Part shown: positions 63,501 to 64,000 of the stretch, one piece after another
How positions within the stretch are numbered: position 1 is the stretch's first letter
How the letters are laid out: each line of letters begins with the position of its first letter
Origin: Neodothiora populina
Lineage: Eukaryota
Assembly (NCBI RefSeq): GCF_041146345.1
Contig: NW_027191410.1
Location: forward strand, 868,001 to 932,000
Direction of reading: 5' to 3'
DNA length: 64,000 nucleotides
The notes under the pieces: model-generated
Databases searched by the model: none
What the model was told of the DNA's origin: nothing
The model's input: only the letters and a program-made list of their open reading frames with translations
Position numbers and translations under genes: made by a program

Positions 63501-64000
63501 CTACTCCAGCAAACGTCTGCGCTCGTCAAGAGTGTCCTCGTCGTTGGCCTGACCCGAGAAGAGTTTCAGCTTCCACTTGCTACCACCTCTCCTCCACGCA
63601 CGCTCCGTGACGGTCCCGTCGTCGTTTTCGATACGCTCCCAGCCGTCCCAGGCTCCAAACCCCAGGATTCGCCATAACCACTGCAGGATCTGGGCCCTCC
63701 ATATGCCGTAACACAGCAGCATGGTGACAATGGTACATAGAATTGTCACAAGGATAGATAGAAGTGTCGTCGTCGAACAGCCGCATCCAAGAGCGCGTGT
63801 GCGGAGCTCCCAACGTTCGGCTTTCAGCGGACAAACGCTGCGCTTGAGGGGCTCGAGCAGTGACGAGGCCGGAATGCAGGTAGAAGACTAAGCGAGTGCA
63901 GGAGCAATATCAGTTCATCTGCACATGATGGGAATGCAGTAAGCCTGAGTTTTGCTTTGGCCGAATGGAACATTTCGCTGTCCATGGGCATCAAAGGCAA
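63501..64000 (-). CDS. 5'-partial Cys-rich (PSI-like) single-TM fungal protein
   Basis: Exon after a TAG acceptor (~63887) reads SSTCIP...VCPLKAERWELRTRALGCGCSTTTLLS, then a TM, ending ERRRLLE*. Confidence 0.55.

Overview
Eukaryotic, gene-dense fungal genomic DNA: a Pezizomycotina ascomycete, probably a eurotiomycete (inferred from protein content and short 50-100 nt GT-AG introns). About 24 mostly housekeeping genes are supported: SGT1 (partial), calcineurin A, an MFS transporter, VPS16, ureD, AIM6-like, KRE1-like, GH16, a CDC25-type Ras GEF, a C2H2 transcription factor, a SAM methyltransferase, bestrophin-like, cohesin SCC3, IBA57, DCP2, a peroxisomal thioesterase, a GNAT, a RluA-family pseudouridine synthase and several hypotheticals. 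I found no transposon, tRNA, rRNA or CRISPR array. The most notable unexplained signals are at the RNA level. (1) A 548-nt thioesterase intron (55558-56105) folds by eye into one nested rod with G-U pairs on the sense strand. (2) A ~3.4 kb interval with no recognisable protein ORF (46700-50160) is packed with nested helices and is a candidate long structured ncRNA. (3) A structured block lies upstream of the KRE1-like gene. Also noted: a GC-AG intron in calcineurin A, two single-base frameshifts (GH16, GNAT), MCB boxes before SCC3, and a recurring TACAGTA/AAGGTA promoter motif. All folds were found manually and have no statistics yet.
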